NCBI GenBank assembly: GCA_045604405.1
Contig: JAZUNZ010000003.1
Span: 20,574-84,573 of the forward strand
DNA length: 64,000 nt
Direction of reading: 5' to 3'
Source: Clostridia bacterium
GTDB taxonomy: Bacteria; Bacillota; Clostridia; TANB77; CAG-465
Shown: piece by piece, positions 1 to 8,754 of the stretch
Position numbering within the stretch: the first letter of the stretch is position 1
Layout: each line of letters begins with the position of its first letter
Made by a program: the position numbers and the translations under genes
The notes under the pieces: model-generated
Database searches by the model: none
The model's input: the letters and a program-made list of their open reading frames with translations, nothing else
What the model was told of the DNA's origin: nothing

Positions 1-1330
1 CTTCTTTTATTTTTTCTTCTGCTTTTCTGGTAATTATTTCTTTTATTGTTCCATTCATTTTATTCATTATTACCTTTAACATGGCTTCAGCACCTTCTAA
101 TGACCAGCTTGTTCTATTCTTTTTCATTCTGTCCCTACATACACAGTACATATGGCTTTCCTCTGAGCCTAGTGATGGTAACTTTTCTTTGTTTTCTTCC
201 AATTGTTCTTCTTTGTAGCCTAATTTATATTGATATCTTATTATGCTTTCTTTGTTGTTCTTCAAATATTCTTCTAATTCTTTTACTTTTTCTAATTCTT
301 CTATTTTGTTGTCCGTTTCTAGTTCTACTTTATAATTATATATTAAACTAAATATGTCTTGAGCTTCCTCGGTGTAAACTATTTCCTGCATCTTCTTTAA
401 ATATTCTTCATCACTTACTGCTAGGTATATTTTCTTTTGGATATGTGCCATATCTAATTGAAATATCTCTTTTGAACCTTCTACTATTGTTCCTGTCCAA
501 TCAGCCCCATCTCCATTTATTACTATATTTTTTATTGTATATTCCTTGTATGTCGTTCCTATTGTAGCATCTTCGATTCTTTTTAATTCACTTGCTTTTG
601 AGGCTGTTCCCACTATTATTTTATTTTTTAATTTAAAATCATTAGTATATCTTGGTGTTTTTCCTTCATGTATTACAGCTATTTTTAATTCAATTCCATT
701 TTTCTTCTTTTTACTTTTTTTCTTCTTAAAATGTTTTACTTTAAATTTCTTTTTCCCTTTATGTTTTTTTGACCTTTGTTTCTTAATATAAATCCCATCA
801 TGCTCGCAAAAAACATACTCTGTTTCTTTGGTTCCTTCGATTTTTCCTTGTTCATACAGTTTTATTTTTTCTTCTTCTAATTTCTTTATTTTTTCTCCTA
901 ATGCTATTACTATATTTCTTACTGCAGTATAGGTTATAATACTATCTGTATCTTCTGAAACTGTTTTGGCTGTTTCTCTATATGATTTTTTTGTTATTTC
1001 TCTCACTATCATTTCTACTACACTTTGAGAATACTGTCCTATATTATTTATTTCTAGTAATTCGTCCAGCAAATAGACATATTTTTTACCACCATTTATT
1101 TCCATTTGATATCTTCTTCTATAAAATTCTATTTCACCAAGTCTAGTTTTTATCGTTGTTTTCTGACTATCTTTTATCTTAAAAATTTCTTTATCTCTAT
1201 ACTTTTTTATTAATTTATCTATTAATTTTAATTCATCTTTGATTAGGTTTCTTCCTAATTCCATCATTTTTTTGTAAGTATTTTCTTCTAAACTATTGAA
1301 ATCCATTTTCTCTTTTGATATTATTTCCAT
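1..1330 (-). CDS. ISLre2-family (UPF0236-type) transposase, C-terminus cut off by the window edge
   Basis: Not in the ORF track because it runs off the edge. Hand translation from the ATG at 1330 gives an uninterrupted frame of more than 440 aa: MEIISKEKMDFNSLEENTYKKMMELGRNLIKDELKLIDKLIKKYRD...TRLGEIEFYRRRYQMEINGGKKYVYLLDELLEI...NGDGADWT...QLDMAHIQKKIY...SWSLEGAEAMLKVIMNKMNG. This matches my memory of UPF0236/ISLre2 transposases common in Clostridia. SD GAGGTG lies 9 nt upstream. Confidence 0.7.
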   Translation of the reverse strand, partial: MEIISKEKMDFNSLEENTYKKMMELGRNLIKDELKLIDKLIKKYRDKEIFKIKDSQKTTIKTRLGEIEFYRRRYQMEINGGKKYVYLLDELLEINNIGQYSQSVVEMIVREITKKSYRETAKTVSEDTDSIITYTAVRNIVIALGEKIKKLEEEKIKLYEQGKIEGTKETEYVFCEHDGIYIKKQRSKKHKGKKKFKVKHFKKKKSKKKKNGIELKIAVIHEGKTPRYTNDFKLKNKIIVGTASKASELKRIEDATIGTTYKEYTIKNIVINGDGADWTGTIVEGSKEIFQLDMAHIQKKIYLAVSDEEYLKKMQEIVYTEEAQDIFSLIYNYKVELETDNKIEELEKVKELEEYLKNNKESIIRYQYKLGYKEEQLEENKEKLPSLGSEESHMYCVCRDRMKKNRTSWSLEGAEAMLKVIMNKMNGTIKEIITRKAEEKIKE

Positions 1331-1398
1331 AAACAAAAGCACCTCACATATATATTGATTTGTAAGCTAAACCAATTATATATTTAGTGCTTTTGTTT
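1331..1398 (-). repeat. 12-bp perfect inverted repeat (AAACAAAAGCAC / GTGCTTTTGTTT) directly upstream of the transposase start
   Basis: Arms at 1331-1342 and 1387-1398. On the minus-strand mRNA the proximal arm covers part of the SD (GAGGTG) and the whole SD-ATG spacer. This could be an RBS-occluding hairpin or part of the IS terminal region. Confidence 0.4.
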
Positions 1399-1459
1399 TT
1401 CTATATTTATTTAAAATCTTTTTTATTTTTCCCCAAATTATTTAACTCATATAATTAGA

Positions 1460-1768
1460 TTAGCATCTTCCTATACATTCAAAAATCAAATTAATTGCAT
1501 CCATAAAACCTATACTATAAAACTTTTCATTTTCATAAGATCCAATTACATTTATTCTATCTATGTAGCTGTCTAAACTATCCTTTACTATTTCTTTAGC
1601 TTTTTCATCATCTGATAATCTATCAATTTTTTCTAATAACATTGTGTAAGTATCATTTTTAGTAACAAGTCTTTTTATTCTTTCTTTATCGGTTTCTGTT
1701 AAAGTACATAAGTTTTCCTCTCTACATTCAAATAATTCATTTAATACGGTTTTGTCTACATTATACAT
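1460..1768 (-). CDS. hypothetical small protein (102 aa), no recognisable domain
   Basis: ORF with a strong SD (AAGGAGGT) 7 nt upstream of the ATG. Acidic, helical-looking sequence with Cys at both ends. Confidence 0.55.
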   Translation of the reverse strand: MYNVDKTVLNELFECREENLCTLTETDKERIKRLVTKNDTYTMLLEKIDRLSDDEKAKEIVKDSLDSYIDRINVIGSYENEKFYSIGFMDAINLIFECIGRC

Positions 1769-1848
1769 ATTTACTACCTCCTTAATTTACTGGTAGTATA
1801 ACGTGCTCAATTTAATTTGTCAGCCCATTTAATTAAATTTTTCTAATT

Positions 1849-1889
1849 TTTTATAAAAGTATTTTTACTATCGTGTATAGTAAAAATAC
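1849..1889 (-). terminator. intrinsic terminator (13-bp stem GTATTTTTACTAT/ATAGTAAAAATAC, then UUUUAU on the minus strand)
   Basis: Perfect 13-bp hairpin at 1859-1889 followed by a T-run on the minus strand. Confidence 0.55.
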
Positions 1890-2040
1890 TCACAGCAAAA
1901 TTTTAATTTTGCGTTCGAATAACCAGGGTAATTTCTTTTACTCTTTATTCGCCAGCATGGCTCATAGAGCCACAAATTGCTGTTTAGTGAAAAATCCCTA
2001 ATACCCTTTTTAGCCCGCTGGGAGAATTTTTTATTTACAA

Positions 2041-2080
2041 AAATAAAAAAGAGAGAAGCGACCTCAGCCAACTTCTCCCC
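2041..2080 (-). terminator. intrinsic terminator (GAGAAG...CTTCTC stem followed by a U-run on the minus strand)
   Basis: Minus strand reads GGGGAGAAGTTGGCTGAGGTCGCTTCTCTCTTTTTTATTTTTG. Confidence 0.6.
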
Positions 2081-2111
2081 CCACTTTCTCGTGGAATTTA
2101 ATTGCATATAT

Positions 2112-2140
2112 ATTATACAATAAATAAAATTTATTGTAAA
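2112..2140 (-). promoter_or_regulatory. sigma-A type promoter, TTTACA - 17 nt - TATAAT
   Basis: -35 at 2135-2140 and -10 at 2112-2117 (minus strand), spacer exactly 17 nt. It lies downstream of the Abi stop codon and points at the structured region. Confidence 0.5.
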
Positions 2141-2188
2141 TACATATCTATAATATTTTATGATTTTTTTTTAAATTTATTATTATTT

Positions 2189-3718
2189 TTATACAATATT
2201 AATAAAAAATTTTTCATCAATACCTGTAAATTGTGTATATCTTTTTGATTCTAAAAATGGTTTATATTTAGATTCTTTAGTAACAACTTTTATTTTATTT
2301 GCTTTTTTTATAATAGAATTTTTTATAGTTTTTAATTGACTATTTTTTTCGTTTAAAATTCTTTTATATGAACTTTTATTCTCAATTTTAGCAATAATGT
2401 CTTTACATTCTAAATCGAATTGTTTTAATTGTTCTATCTCCTCTAGTAATTGAATACAATTTTCTGCATTTTCAATTTCTAATTTTTTCTCGTTTAATAA
2501 AACATTATACTTTATAAATATAGACTTTAATTCATTATAGAAATTTGTATTTTTATCTATATTCTTTAGGATTTTATATATTATATATATTATTTTTGAT
2601 AAATTAAAATTAGTATAATTATTTCTATTAAAATTATCTTCTCCAAAATAATCAGATAAATTTCTCATTAGTTTTGCATTTAAACTTATTTGTTGCTTAT
2701 ATTTTGGTATTGAATTTCCATCTGCAGTTTTTCTATTTTTACTTACCTTCGGTAATTCATATTCAAATGGATATCTTCTCGTTATGTCAAAAGAATCTAT
2801 ATTATAGCAATATATTGGCTGATTGTGTGCAAGCATATTTCTAAATTCACCTAAATAACACAATATTGTTTTAAATGTATTAATTTGTGATTCCTCTTTA
2901 TCTCTAATTTTCTCACTCTTTCCTTTTTTATCCTTAGTTATATTTAATTGAGTAAAAAAGTTTGTACAATTTAAAAATATATTTCTAGAATCTTCCTCCC
3001 TTAAATTTGCTATTGCATAATATGTTTGATTCATTGCTAATTCATTAATTATAATCCAATATGGTACTGTTAAATTTTGTTCTCTTTTTCTTTTTATTGG
3101 TTTTGATTTTGTATTATCATATTTGTCTATTATTAATTTCATAGTATCAAATGCTTTATTTTTTATTGATGATGTATTATAGTTATACATGTTAACTAAA
3201 TAATCTGCTTTAGCATTATTATCATTTAAATATGAGATAAAAATATTTTTCATGCTTTCCTCTATAATCAAAGTATATTTTAAAAGCATTAATCTTAGTT
3301 CATGTTCAAACTTATACATCCTTACAAAGTCACCATATTTTGTTGTATTGCTATACTTATGCAAATGATATTGGATTTGTCTTATGTTTTCCTCTTTTTC
3401 TGTTAATGAATTAGCTTTCAATCCATATTTTTCACATATTTTATCACATATTTTTTCATATAGTTGTTCTGGTTTTACATCTGGTTTTATTTTGAAAATA
3501 TCTCTATAGAAATCGATATTTTTATTTTGTAATATATTATTTCTAATTGTATCTATGTACTCAATATCTTTAACAAATAAATTCTTATATGCATTTACAA
3601 CTTGATAATAGCTATATCTTCTAAATAAAGCCTTTTCACCTTTGTCAAATTTTATTTGCTTTAATTCTAATGTTTCAATTAATTTATTTGTGCTATTAGT
3701 ATTCAAACTTTTTAACAA
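2189..3718 (-). CDS. Abi_2 family (AbiD/AbiD1/AbiF-like) abortive-infection protein, 509 aa
   Basis: N-terminal pattern LIETLELKQIKF...EKALFRRYSYYQVVNAYKNLF, mid motif FEHELRLMLLKYTLIIEESMKN, and C-terminal FRNMLAHNQPIY (RNxxAH, HEPN-like). All are typical of Pfam Abi_2 as I remember it. The exact start is uncertain: the TTG at 3718 abuts the SD, and the TTG at 3706 is an alternative. Confidence 0.8.
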   Translation of the reverse strand: MLKSLNTNSTNKLIETLELKQIKFDKGEKALFRRYSYYQVVNAYKNLFVKDIEYIDTIRNNILQNKNIDFYRDIFKIKPDVKPEQLYEKICDKICEKYGLKANSLTEKEENIRQIQYHLHKYSNTTKYGDFVRMYKFEHELRLMLLKYTLIIEESMKNIFISYLNDNNAKADYLVNMYNYNTSSIKNKAFDTMKLIIDKYDNTKSKPIKRKREQNLTVPYWIIINELAMNQTYYAIANLREEDSRNIFLNCTNFFTQLNITKDKKGKSEKIRDKEESQINTFKTILCYLGEFRNMLAHNQPIYCYNIDSFDITRRYPFEYELPKVSKNRKTADGNSIPKYKQQISLNAKLMRNLSDYFGEDNFNRNNYTNFNLSKIIYIIYKILKNIDKNTNFYNELKSIFIKYNVLLNEKKLEIENAENCIQLLEEIEQLKQFDLECKDIIAKIENKSSYKRILNEKNSQLKTIKNSIIKKANKIKVVTKESKYKPFLESKRYTQFTGIDEKFFINIV

Positions 3719-3787
3719 CTCCTTTATTTATAAGTCTGTTTTTTAACGCATTTATAATATCATATAATTAGTGAAATTTCTACAATT

Positions 3788-4291
3788 TTAACCCTTTTTA
3801 TCAAATAGATTTGCATTAGCATATAAACTTTCAAAAAATTCATCTGGATAATCTCGCCCCTTATATCCTGGATTATAATTTTTTTCTCCCTTTTTATTAG
3901 TTATATTATTATTTCTTATATTATTATCTTCCGTATTTTGATGGATAGCCTGTCCATTTTTTGATGGATACATATGTCCATTATTTAATGGATATGGTAC
4001 ATCATTTAAATAAATTTTTCTCTTAATTATTCGTTGATTTTCATTCCTAATAACGTCTCGAATTATAAATTTTTTCTCCTCTAAATGTGTTATCCAACTC
4101 GATACTGTTTTTCGATTTACACCTAATTTTTCAGCTAAATATTCATTGCTTGCAAAACAATATCCTTCTTTGCATGTAAGAGATGTTATTATTGCATATA
4201 TCAATTTTTCATTTGGTTTTAATTCTTTATTATATAAAACTGTTGCAGGAATTACTGAATAATATCCTATTCTATTTTCATTTTCTTTCAT
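3788..4291 (-). CDS. helix-turn-helix protein, phage/plasmid replication-organiser-like N-terminal wHTH
   Basis: YYSVIPATVLYNKELKPNEKLIYAIITSLTCKEGYCFASNEYLAEKLGVNRKTVSSWITHLEEKKFI is the pattern of HTH_36/DnaD-N-like proteins of mobile elements. Start moved to the ATG at 4291 (SD GGAGTGG). Confidence 0.5.
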   Translation of the reverse strand: MKENENRIGYYSVIPATVLYNKELKPNEKLIYAIITSLTCKEGYCFASNEYLAEKLGVNRKTVSSWITHLEEKKFIIRDVIRNENQRIIKRKIYLNDVPYPLNNGHMYPSKNGQAIHQNTEDNNIRNNNITNKKGEKNYNPGYKGRDYPDEFFESLYANANLFDKKG

Positions 4292-4399
4292 TTTTACCAC
4301 TCCAATTCTAGCAGCATTTTTTTGCATAAAAAAACAGAATATTTCTTTAATATCGAAATACTCTGTAACATAGATGATTACTGCGTTTTATTAAATTAT

Positions 4400-4894
4400 T
4401 TTTGTGGTTGGAAGTTTTTAAGGTCCACAGGCATTGACCTTAACCTACAATTCCCTGCACGTTGGGAAAACGCTCGAGAAATTAAATTTTCTCAAGGCTA
4501 TACAACTTATGCTCCAAGAGACTTTGTTGGAAACTTCCCTCTAGAAGCTCCAGAGTCATTAGCTCTTTATGACTTTACTTTAAATAACCGCTTTGACCTT
4601 ATGCTTACATATCATTCCCAAGGGGAAGTAATCTTTTGGAAATTTTTAGACTATGATCCTCCTTACGCCTTAGAAATAGGGGAAGTATTTGCAAATTTAA
4701 GTGAATATTCACTAGAAGACACCCCATATTCTTCTAGTTTTGCTGGGTTTAAAGATTGGTTTATTCAAAATTATAATTTGCCTGGATATACCGTTGAAGT
4801 AGGATCTGGTACTAATCCTCTACCTATTTCTCAATTTGATGTTATATATGAAGATAATATTGGTATTCTTGTTACAGCCCCATTCTTAATATAG
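4400..4894 (+). pseudogene. 5'-truncated M14 zinc carboxypeptidase (gamma-D-glutamyl-meso-diaminopimelate peptidase-like) gene fragment
   Basis: Only the C-terminal half is recognisable (GIDLNLQFPARWE...LMLTYHSQGEVIFW...GFKDWFIQNYNLPGYTVEVG). The N-terminal HxxE zinc-binding region is absent. The frame upstream of about 4400 is unrelated AT-rich sequence that overlaps the divergent HTH gene start. Confidence 0.6.
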
Positions 4895-4896
4895 AA

Positions 4897-4926
4897 AAAG
4901 TTCCTAGATAATAATCTAGGAACTTT
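4897..4926. terminator. bidirectional hairpin terminator (13-bp stem AAAGTTCCTAGAT/ATCTAGGAACTTT)
   Basis: Perfect 13-bp stem between convergent genes. Confidence 0.6.
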
Positions 4927-4930
4927 AGAT

Positions 4931-5329
4931 TTAAGCTACTGTTACAGCATCGAGGAACTTAGCTTTTTCTTCTTCAGGCAGAAGTTTAAATATTTGTGCA
5001 ATGTCTTCAGAATCGTATTCCTTTGTAGGAACCATAATACGTCTTAACATCTGTGCAAGCTCATCATTGTCGCCCGCATAAAGTTGATATCTGAAAAATT
5101 CAGATATACAATTCATGAAATCTGCATTTACAAAATTCATGTACTGTCTTACATCCTCTTCTGAAACCCCTAGCTTGTTTGCCGTTTCTTCGATGATTTC
5201 ATTGTAAAAGCGCTTTACATCTCTTAAGCCGATTCCGTACCGCTTTTCTTCTAACTCTATAGTAGCAGTCAAGCGACTTAAATCTTCAACCGGTTTCCAC
5301 TTCATTTTAAGTAAATCCATAGTATTCAT
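4931..5329 (-). CDS. hypothetical protein (132 aa), GC-elevated
   Basis: ORF with SD (GAAGGAGAAAAGG) upstream. No domain recognised. Confidence 0.5.
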   Translation of the reverse strand: MNTMDLLKMKWKPVEDLSRLTATIELEEKRYGIGLRDVKRFYNEIIEETANKLGVSEEDVRQYMNFVNADFMNCISEFFRYQLYAGDNDELAQMLRRIMVPTKEYDSEDIAQIFKLLPEEEKAKFLDAVTVA

Positions 5330-5551
5330 TTGCCTTTTCTCCTTCTAAATTATTAGTATTATGGTTAATGCACCATCTCAGGATTGCGCGCCGACATGCA
5401 ATAAAATTATATCACAAACGGCGTCAAATGTAAAGTGTTTATTTGTATTTTATGCCTTTTGGTCATATATTATTACTTTTTGTGCCTTTTTAATGTTTAA
5501 ATAGCTCCTAGATTAATATCTAGAAGCGATTATTTGTTTTATTTTAACATT

Positions 5552-6970
5552 TTACTTTCCAACGTTTTCTAGCATGTCTATATCTATTATTGGCACGTTG
5601 TTCTTTTCTAAAATTGGAATAATATTTTGTTTTATTTCATCAAATTCCATATAATAGAACAAATCTATTTTTTTACCATTATTAAGACTAATTACATAGG
5701 TTGGCAGGTTAATTATTTCCCCAAAATCATTGGTAATTGCTTTTGCACTATACACACAATCAACATTTTCATAAAGAATAGTTTCGCCTTTAATATTTAA
5801 GAAATTTAAATTATCCTTAAATCCATTCTCATAAAAAGAAATGTTAGTATTAGCAGCCAAAACAGATATAACCAAGCCCAATGCTATTACAAATTGCAAT
5901 AATTTAGCCATTATTGTATACGTCTTTTCACCATTTTCTATTTCATCTAAAGCAACAATTGTAGTATAATCTTTTTTAAACATCAACTTATATACACCTC
6001 TTCGTGTAAAAAACGCACTTACAATTGCCGTTAAGAATGCGGGCATAAATACCATAAACGCATCTGCACCGCCAACATATATAGCTCCTTTAGCTATATA
6101 ATGCAGGGAAATATAAAACACTAGAGAATATACAATATACCATATAGGTATAAGGGCAATCCATGATAATATCATCGGAAGCAATTCGATTTTAGCAGTC
6201 TTTAATCTTCTTGCCTGTTGCATGGTATTTAGTTTACCCTCTACAGGAATTTCAATATTATTATCCTCAATGTATGCTATTAATTTTTTCTCATATACAG
6301 TTAACTTGTTGCCTAATTTGTTGTATTTTTTAATAGATTTTTTATATTTTCCATTTATATAGTCTAAGTAACCTTCCATTGTAAATCTAGATATATCCAA
6401 TACATAATATAATTCCAACATTCTCATTAAATGCAAAATATTTTTTGATTCAAATATCTTTTCATCTAACAGTAAAGTCGTCTTTTCATCTACAATCTTT
6501 TCCAACATTGCAATTTGTTCAGCGCTTTTACTTATATCTTGTATTTTATCTTTATATTTTAAAAAAGTTTCTACCAAGTAATTTAACACTTCTATCATCT
6601 TGGTTTCACTAGTAACATAGGGAAATGTATAACATTTAAAGTTGTTATTATCTACTATGTCAAACAAATCATATATAGAATACTCTACTGGTAGTTTTCC
6701 ATCCTCAAACAAAAAACGCATTTCGATAGTAGATTTCGGAATTAGCATGCTTACATTTATTTTATAATCCAATTTCAACACGAACTTTTTAAAAATTATC
6801 CACGCGCCAACTGAATGATATCCCTTTTCAGGATTATTTTTCTTAAAGTATTCTTCAACTCTATAATTTATTACTCCTTCAAGTAAGTTGCTATATTTTT
6901 CTGTTTCTTGTTTGAACGTTTCAACTAATCTCTTAATTAAATCTTCCTTCATAATGTTTTCTCCATACAC
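5552..6970 (-). CDS. hypothetical membrane protein (472 aa): cytoplasmic N-domain, about 3 TM helices, C-terminal domain
   Basis: Long ORF with hydrophobic segments LLPMILSWIALIPIWYIVYSLVFYISL, FMVFMPAFLTAIVSAFF and LLQFVIALGLVISVLAA. No family recognised. Confidence 0.55.
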   Translation of the reverse strand: MYGENIMKEDLIKRLVETFKQETEKYSNLLEGVINYRVEEYFKKNNPEKGYHSVGAWIIFKKFVLKLDYKINVSMLIPKSTIEMRFLFEDGKLPVEYSIYDLFDIVDNNNFKCYTFPYVTSETKMIEVLNYLVETFLKYKDKIQDISKSAEQIAMLEKIVDEKTTLLLDEKIFESKNILHLMRMLELYYVLDISRFTMEGYLDYINGKYKKSIKKYNKLGNKLTVYEKKLIAYIEDNNIEIPVEGKLNTMQQARRLKTAKIELLPMILSWIALIPIWYIVYSLVFYISLHYIAKGAIYVGGADAFMVFMPAFLTAIVSAFFTRRGVYKLMFKKDYTTIVALDEIENGEKTYTIMAKLLQFVIALGLVISVLAANTNISFYENGFKDNLNFLNIKGETILYENVDCVYSAKAITNDFGEIINLPTYVISLNNGKKIDLFYYMEFDEIKQNIIPILEKNNVPIIDIDMLENVGK

Positions 6971-6997
6971 AAAAAGAACCGCTAAAAAGCGGTACTC
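6971..6997 (-). terminator. intrinsic terminator after rplA
   Basis: Minus strand reads GTACCGCTTTTTAGCGGTTCTTTTTGTG. Confidence 0.55.
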
Positions 6998-7000
6998 TTG

Positions 7001-7684
7001 TTATATTTTTGTTGTAATTTTTATTCCAGGTCCCATAGTTGTAGATATTGCAATTGATTTTAAGTAAGTACCTTTTGCTGCGGCTGGTTTTGCTTTAACT
7101 ATAGCATCTAATAAAGTTTCGTAGTTTTCTTTTATCTTTGCACTACCGAATGATACTTTACCAATTATTGTATGTATAATATTGTTTTTATCTAGTCTAT
7201 ATTCAACTTTACCAGCTTTAATTTCGTTAACTGCTTTTGCAGTATCAACTGTAACTGTTCCAGCTTTAGGGTTTGGCATTAATCCTTTAGGTCCTAGTAT
7301 CTTAGCTATTCTTCCAAGTGCCGGCATCATATCTGGAGTTGCTACAACAGCATCAAAATCTAACCAACCTTCGTTAGCGATTTTAGCTATCATATCATCA
7401 TCTCCAACATAATCTGCTCCTGCAGCTTCAGCAGCTGCTGCCTTTTCAGATTTAGCAAGTACTAATACTTTTTTAGATTTACCTGTTCCATTTGGAAGTA
7501 CTACTGTACCTCTTACTTGTTGGTCTGCTTGCTTAGAATCAACACCTAGTTTTATATGCATTTCTATACTTTCATCAAATTTAGCTTTTGGTAATTTTTC
7601 AATTAATGCTAAAGCTTCATCGATTTCGTATTGTTTCGCTTCAACTTGTGCTCTGGCTTCTGTCATTCTTTTGCTCTTATTCAC
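7001..7684 (-). CDS. rplA: 50S ribosomal protein L1
   Basis: Unambiguous L1 sequence ([10 protein letters not shown]...[22 protein letters not shown]...). Confidence 0.97.
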   Translation of the reverse strand: MNKSKRMTEARAQVEAKQYEIDEALALIEKLPKAKFDESIEMHIKLGVDSKQADQQVRGTVVLPNGTGKSKKVLVLAKSEKAAAAEAAGADYVGDDDMIAKIANEGWLDFDAVVATPDMMPALGRIAKILGPKGLMPNPKAGTVTVDTAKAVNEIKAGKVEYRLDKNNIIHTIIGKVSFGSAKIKENYETLLDAIVKAKPAAAKGTYLKSIAISTTMGPGIKITTKI

Positions 7685-7729
7685 GATTTTCCCTCCTTTT
7701 GGTTTTAACGAGTATATTCTCTCCCATAA

Positions 7730-8158
7730 TTATTCAGTAACAACGATCCCCATTGATCTTGCAGTTCCTTTTATCATAGATACTGCTGACTCTAAAGAGG
7801 CTGCGTTTAAATCTTGCATTTTAGTTTTTGCAATTTCTTCAACTTGTGCAAGTGTTACTTTAGCAACTTTATCTTTGTGTGGTTTTGCTGATCCACTCTC
7901 TATACCAGCCGCTTTCTTAAGTAATACTGCTGCTGGTGGAGTTTTTATTATAAACTCAAATGATTTGTCTTGGTAAACTGTAAGCACTGCTGGGAATATC
8001 ATTCCTGCGTCCTTAGCTGTTCTTTCATTGAACTCTTTACAGAATTGCATAATGTTAATTCCTGTAGGTCCTAATGCTGGTCCAACTGGTGGTGCTGGGT
8101 TAGCTTTACCTGCTTCAATTTGTAGTTTAACAACATGAGTAACTTTCTTCTCTGCCAT
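7730..8158 (-). CDS. rplK: 50S ribosomal protein L11
   Basis: [44 protein letters not shown] is canonical L11. Confidence 0.97.
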   Translation of the reverse strand: MAEKKVTHVVKLQIEAGKANPAPPVGPALGPTGINIMQFCKEFNERTAKDAGMIFPAVLTVYQDKSFEFIIKTPPAAVLLKKAAGIESGSAKPHKDKVAKVTLAQVEEIAKTKMQDLNAASLESAVSMIKGTARSMGIVVTE

Positions 8159-8203
8159 CTTTTTTCACCCCCTTAAATATCTTAACATTTAAAATGTTAT
8201 TAA

Positions 8204-8743
8204 CTATATTTTTTGTATTTGTTCAAAGCCTAGTTCAACAGTAGTTTCTCTGTTAAACATATTAACTTTAACAACAACTCTTTGTTTTTCCTTGTCTATT
8301 GATTCTATAGTACCAGGATAATTGTAGAAAGGTTCTGTTATTATAGTTACAGAATCTCCTACTTCAAAATCTAAATTGATAACTTCATCACCAATTCCTA
8401 AACTTATCATTTCTTTTTCTGTAAGCGGTAATGGCTTATCCCCTGTTCCTACGAAACTGAATACTCCCTTTATGCTCTTTATAACATACCAAGTTTCATC
8501 AGTTAGAATCATTTTCACAAGTACATAACCTGGGAATACTTTCTTTATAGATGTTTTTTGTTTTCCATCTTTTATTTCGATTTCTTCCTCCATTGGTATT
8601 ATAATTTCTTCGATTTTATCTTCAAGTCCACGATTCGCTACAACTTTTTCTAGTGTAGTTTTTACTTTGTTTTCATAGCCAGAGTATGTATAAACAACAT
8701 ACCAATTAGATGCATTTTCTTTTATATCAGTTGCCTCTGACAT
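8204..8743 (-). CDS. nusG: transcription termination/antitermination factor NusG
   Basis: WYVVYTYSGYENKV... NGN plus KOW pattern. Start moved to the ATG at 8743 (SD AGGAGTGAGG), just after the secE stop. Confidence 0.95.
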   Translation of the reverse strand: MSEATDIKENASNWYVVYTYSGYENKVKTTLEKVVANRGLEDKIEEIIIPMEEEIEIKDGKQKTSIKKVFPGYVLVKMILTDETWYVIKSIKGVFSFVGTGDKPLPLTEKEMISLGIGDEVINLDFEVGDSVTIITEPFYNYPGTIESIDKEKQRVVVKVNMFNRETTVELGFEQIQKI

Positions 8744-8754
8744 AAACCTCACTC

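Larger units (their letters stand above)
1849..2105 (-). ncRNA. unassigned structured RNA or leader region, GC-elevated, between the Abi gene and the 102-aa ORF
   Basis: It has its own TTTACA-17-TATAAT promoter, a first terminator about 60 nt downstream, several further hairpins (GGCTC-tat-GAGCC, GCAAAATT-aa-AATTTTGC), then a second terminator. Local GC is clearly above the flanks. The 79-aa ORF of the track (1868..2107) spans these terminators and has no RBS. Confidence 0.35.

Noticed and set aside
46-791. Plus-strand ORFs 46..351 and 546..791 from the ORF track
   Set aside because: They are low-complexity L/F/I-rich shadow frames antisense to the much longer, well-behaved ISLre2 transposase frame on the minus strand.
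1900-2040. Resemblance of AGCCCGCTGGGAGA (plus strand) to the 3' part of the guanidine-I (ykkC) riboswitch, and of CUGGCGAA (minus strand) to the ZTP/pfl motif
   Set aside because: Only short partial matches. The other conserved blocks (GGUCCGAGAG, CUAGGGUUCCG, CCGCCUGGGC) are absent, and no suitable downstream gene exists on the plus strand.
1868-2107. 79-aa minus-strand ORF as a protein-coding gene
   Set aside because: It begins right at the -10 of a promoter with no SD and reads straight through an intrinsic terminator and several hairpins. Its composition looks like RNA structure rather than coding sequence.
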